Position numbers and translations under genes: made by a program. Positions 62,032 to 64,000 of a stretch of 64,000 nucleotides of DNA are shown in pieces; position 1 is the first letter of the stretch, and each line of letters starts with the position of its first letter. The notes beneath the pieces were generated by a model. The model searched no databases. It was not told the DNA's origin and saw only the letters and a list, made by a program, of their open reading frames with translations. Source of the DNA: Candidatus Mnemosynella biddleae. Lineage in GTDB: Archaea > Halobacteriota > Archaeoglobi > Mnemosynellales > Mnemosynellaceae. The stretch covers positions 159,970-223,969 of the forward strand of contig MTMI02000007.1 of assembly GCA_002011165.2 (NCBI GenBank). The letters run 5' to 3'.

Positions 62032-62799
62032 TCACAGCAATTTCAGAATCTTCTCATGAAGCCTTCCGTTTGTTGCCACAACGCAAATTTTCTCAATTCT
62101 ACCACTTAAATCCATTCCTCGATCATCAGTTACTTTACCCCCCGCCTCTTTAAGTATGAGAGTTCCTGCAGCTATATCAACTATCCTTTGTTTCCCCCTC
62201 ACATCCACGAAAGCATCGAGAGCACCAGAAGCGACATAACAGAGCTCTAAAGACGCGCAACCATAACATCGAATCCTGTTAACAGCTTTACAAAGCTCTA
62301 CGACTCTTTCCGGACTTTCTTCATCGTGATATAACGAGATGTTAGCCTTCTCAATCTCATCTTTCTCTGAAACTTTTATCCTTTTTGAGTTTCTGAATGC
62401 ACCTTTATTTTTAAAAGCATGGAATTCATCTTCAAAAGAGAGGGAAGAAACATATCCAAAGAGCTCTTCATCATTCAGAGTTCTCACAGCAATGGAAAGT
62501 GAGAACAGAGGGATATTTCTAAGAGCATTGAATGTTCCATCAATTGGATCTAAAATTATTTTAAAGGAAGGCTCCCTCCCTATCTTTATCTCTCCCCTCT
62601 CCTCAGTAAGCAAAATCGCTTCCAGACCCATCTCTCTCAGTTCCGAAATTATTACTCTCTCAGCAAGGTCGTCAATGAGAGATGTTTGAGCTCCAAAGGC
62701 ACCCCTTCCAACCTTTTCCGAGAGCTTTTCAAACCTCTCTTTTGAAATCTCTTCTTTAACTCTTTTCTTTATTTCCCTGCAGATTTTCAGATAATTCAT
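62032..62799 (-). CDS. inositol monophosphatase/FBPase-family phosphatase (candidate NADP phosphatase)
   Basis: D..AE, TEE, LDPIDGTFN, R.YGC..LE, DIAAG; start placed at ATG 62799. Confidence 0.88.
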   Translation of the reverse strand: MNYLKICREIKKRVKEEISKERFEKLSEKVGRGAFGAQTSLIDDLAERVIISELREMGLEAILLTEERGEIKIGREPSFKIILDPIDGTFNALRNIPLFSLSIAVRTLNDEELFGYVSSLSFEDEFHAFKNKGAFRNSKRIKVSEKDEIEKANISLYHDEESPERVVELCKAVNRIRCYGCASLELCYVASGALDAFVDVRGKQRIVDIAAGTLILKEAGGKVTDDRGMDLSGRIEKICVVATNGRLHEKILKLL

Positions 62800-63436
62800 C
62801 TTTAAACCTCCTGAAATAAGAGCATAATTCTGAGATGATACATTCATTACAGAGAGGTTTTCTCGCCTTGCAGACTCTCCTTCCATGAGCTATAAGGAGA
62901 TTTGAGACTTTAGCCCACTCTCTCTTCTCATAAAGCTCCATCAGATCTCTCTCTATTTCCTCTCTTTTTTCCTTCTCTGATAAACCTATTCTCCTCGATA
63001 ATCTCATTACGTGTGTGTCAACAGCGATTCCCTCACTTTTTCTGAAAGCATTTGATAGAATAACGTTTGCGGTCTTTCTTCCAACTCCGGGAAGTTTCAA
63101 AAGATCTTCCATCGAATCAGGAACTCTCCCACCAAATTCATTGAGAATTTTGGTCGCAGATTCTTTGATGTATCTCGACTTGCTTTTATAAAGACCAACA
63201 GAGCTCAGATGATTTTGCAGTTCTTCTAAGGGTGCTTTAGCAAAATCCTCTACATTTCTATATTTTTTGAAAAGCTTTTCAGTTACTTTATTTACCTGAG
63301 AGTCTGTGGATTGAGCAGAAAGAATAGTGGAAACGAGAAGTTGAAAAGGGTTCTCAAATCTCAAAGCAGTGCCCTTGATTTCTGGATATTCTTCTTCGAG
63401 TCTTTTGAGAATTTCTGTCGCAATCTCGCGATTCAT
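62756..63436 (-). CDS. nth: endonuclease III
   Basis: LSAQSTD, HhH LPGVGRKTA, VDTHV, C.ARKP.C..C.....C. Confidence 0.96.
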   Translation of the reverse strand: MNREIATEILKRLEEEYPEIKGTALRFENPFQLLVSTILSAQSTDSQVNKVTEKLFKKYRNVEDFAKAPLEELQNHLSSVGLYKSKSRYIKESATKILNEFGGRVPDSMEDLLKLPGVGRKTANVILSNAFRKSEGIAVDTHVMRLSRRIGLSEKEKREEIERDLMELYEKREWAKVSNLLIAHGRRVCKARKPLCNECIISELCSYFRRFKDELSENLQGNKEKS

Positions 63437-63482
63437 TTAAAAGCGTTGATTTGCCTCAAACTTTTTAATATTTTCTTTTTCT

Positions 63483-64000
63483 TCAATCTACGATGCCCAC
63501 ACATAATCTCTCGAATTTTTCGTGTTCTAGCAGTTCTTCTGATTTTCCTTCGAAGACAACTCTCCCGCTAACCAAAACATATGCGTTCTCACTTATTTCC
63601 AGAGCTCTTCTAGCATTCTGCTCCACTAAGAGGATCGTCAAATCGTAATCGTCTCTTAATTCAATAATCTTCCTAAAAATCATTTCAGCGAATTTTGGAG
63701 AAAGTTGAGCAGTAGGTTCATCCAGCATCAATATCTTTGCTTTTCTCACGAGTGCGGTTGCCATTGCTAACATCTGTCTCTCTCCACCGCTCAGAGTTCC
63801 TGCTCTTCTTTTGAGAAATCTTTTAAGTTCAGGAAAGGCATTAAGAGCCAGCTCAATTCTATCTTTAAGCTCCTCTACGTTGAGAGTGTATCCTGCAATC
63901 CTGAGATTCTCCTCGACACTTAAATGTGAGAAGACATTATCAGTCTGAGGTAAGTAAACCAGTCCAATCCTTGTTTTGTTATGAGGAGGCACCTTTGTTA
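63483..64000 (-). CDS. livF: branched-chain amino acid ABC ATP-binding protein LivF-type (5'-truncated by window edge)
   Basis: [29 protein letters not shown]. Confidence 0.85.
   Translation of the reverse strand, partial: TKVPPHNKTRIGLVYLPQTDNVFSHLSVEENLRIAGYTLNVEELKDRIELALNAFPELKRFLKRRAGTLSGGERQMLAMATALVRKAKILMLDEPTAQLSPKFAEMIFRKIIELRDDYDLTILLVEQNARRALEISENAYVLVSGRVVFEGKSEELLEHEKFERLCVGIVD

Overview
Gene-dense 64 kb chromosomal segment (about 75 CDS) from an anaerobic, probably thermophilic euryarchaeon. Archaeal markers include PCNA, PriL, TFS, GatDE, archaeal ThrRS, AroA'/AroB' and a GPN GTPase. A Halobacteriota (Archaeoglobi/Methanosarcinia-like) affiliation is my inference. I found no tRNA, rRNA, CRISPR array, transposase or integrase. 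Most genes are housekeeping: kor/sucCD, aromatic amino acid synthesis, tRNA modification, PPDK, argH, gatDE, wtpABC, thiC, nadK, nth. Most notable observations: (1) a fusion of a DNPH1/Rcl-type nucleotide N-glycosidase to a QueF-like T-fold lacking the NADPH motif, translationally coupled to a PflX-type radical SAM gene, a candidate 7-deazaguanine salvage or sanitisation system; (2) a four-gene operon that looks like leuABCD/aks but carries Re-citrate-synthase and isocitrate-dehydrogenase signatures, suggesting a route to 2-oxoglutarate via a two-subunit aconitase; (3) an orphan AbiEii-like nucleotidyltransferase in the kor-suc operon; (4) a PfpI-macrodomain-DUF72-WGR-like operon; (5) two small proteins missed by the ORF track, a Zn-finger microprotein behind a Cys-tailed radical SAM gene and a 59-aa membrane peptide. 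Family assignments come from motifs recognised by eye and from memory; no database searches were run.
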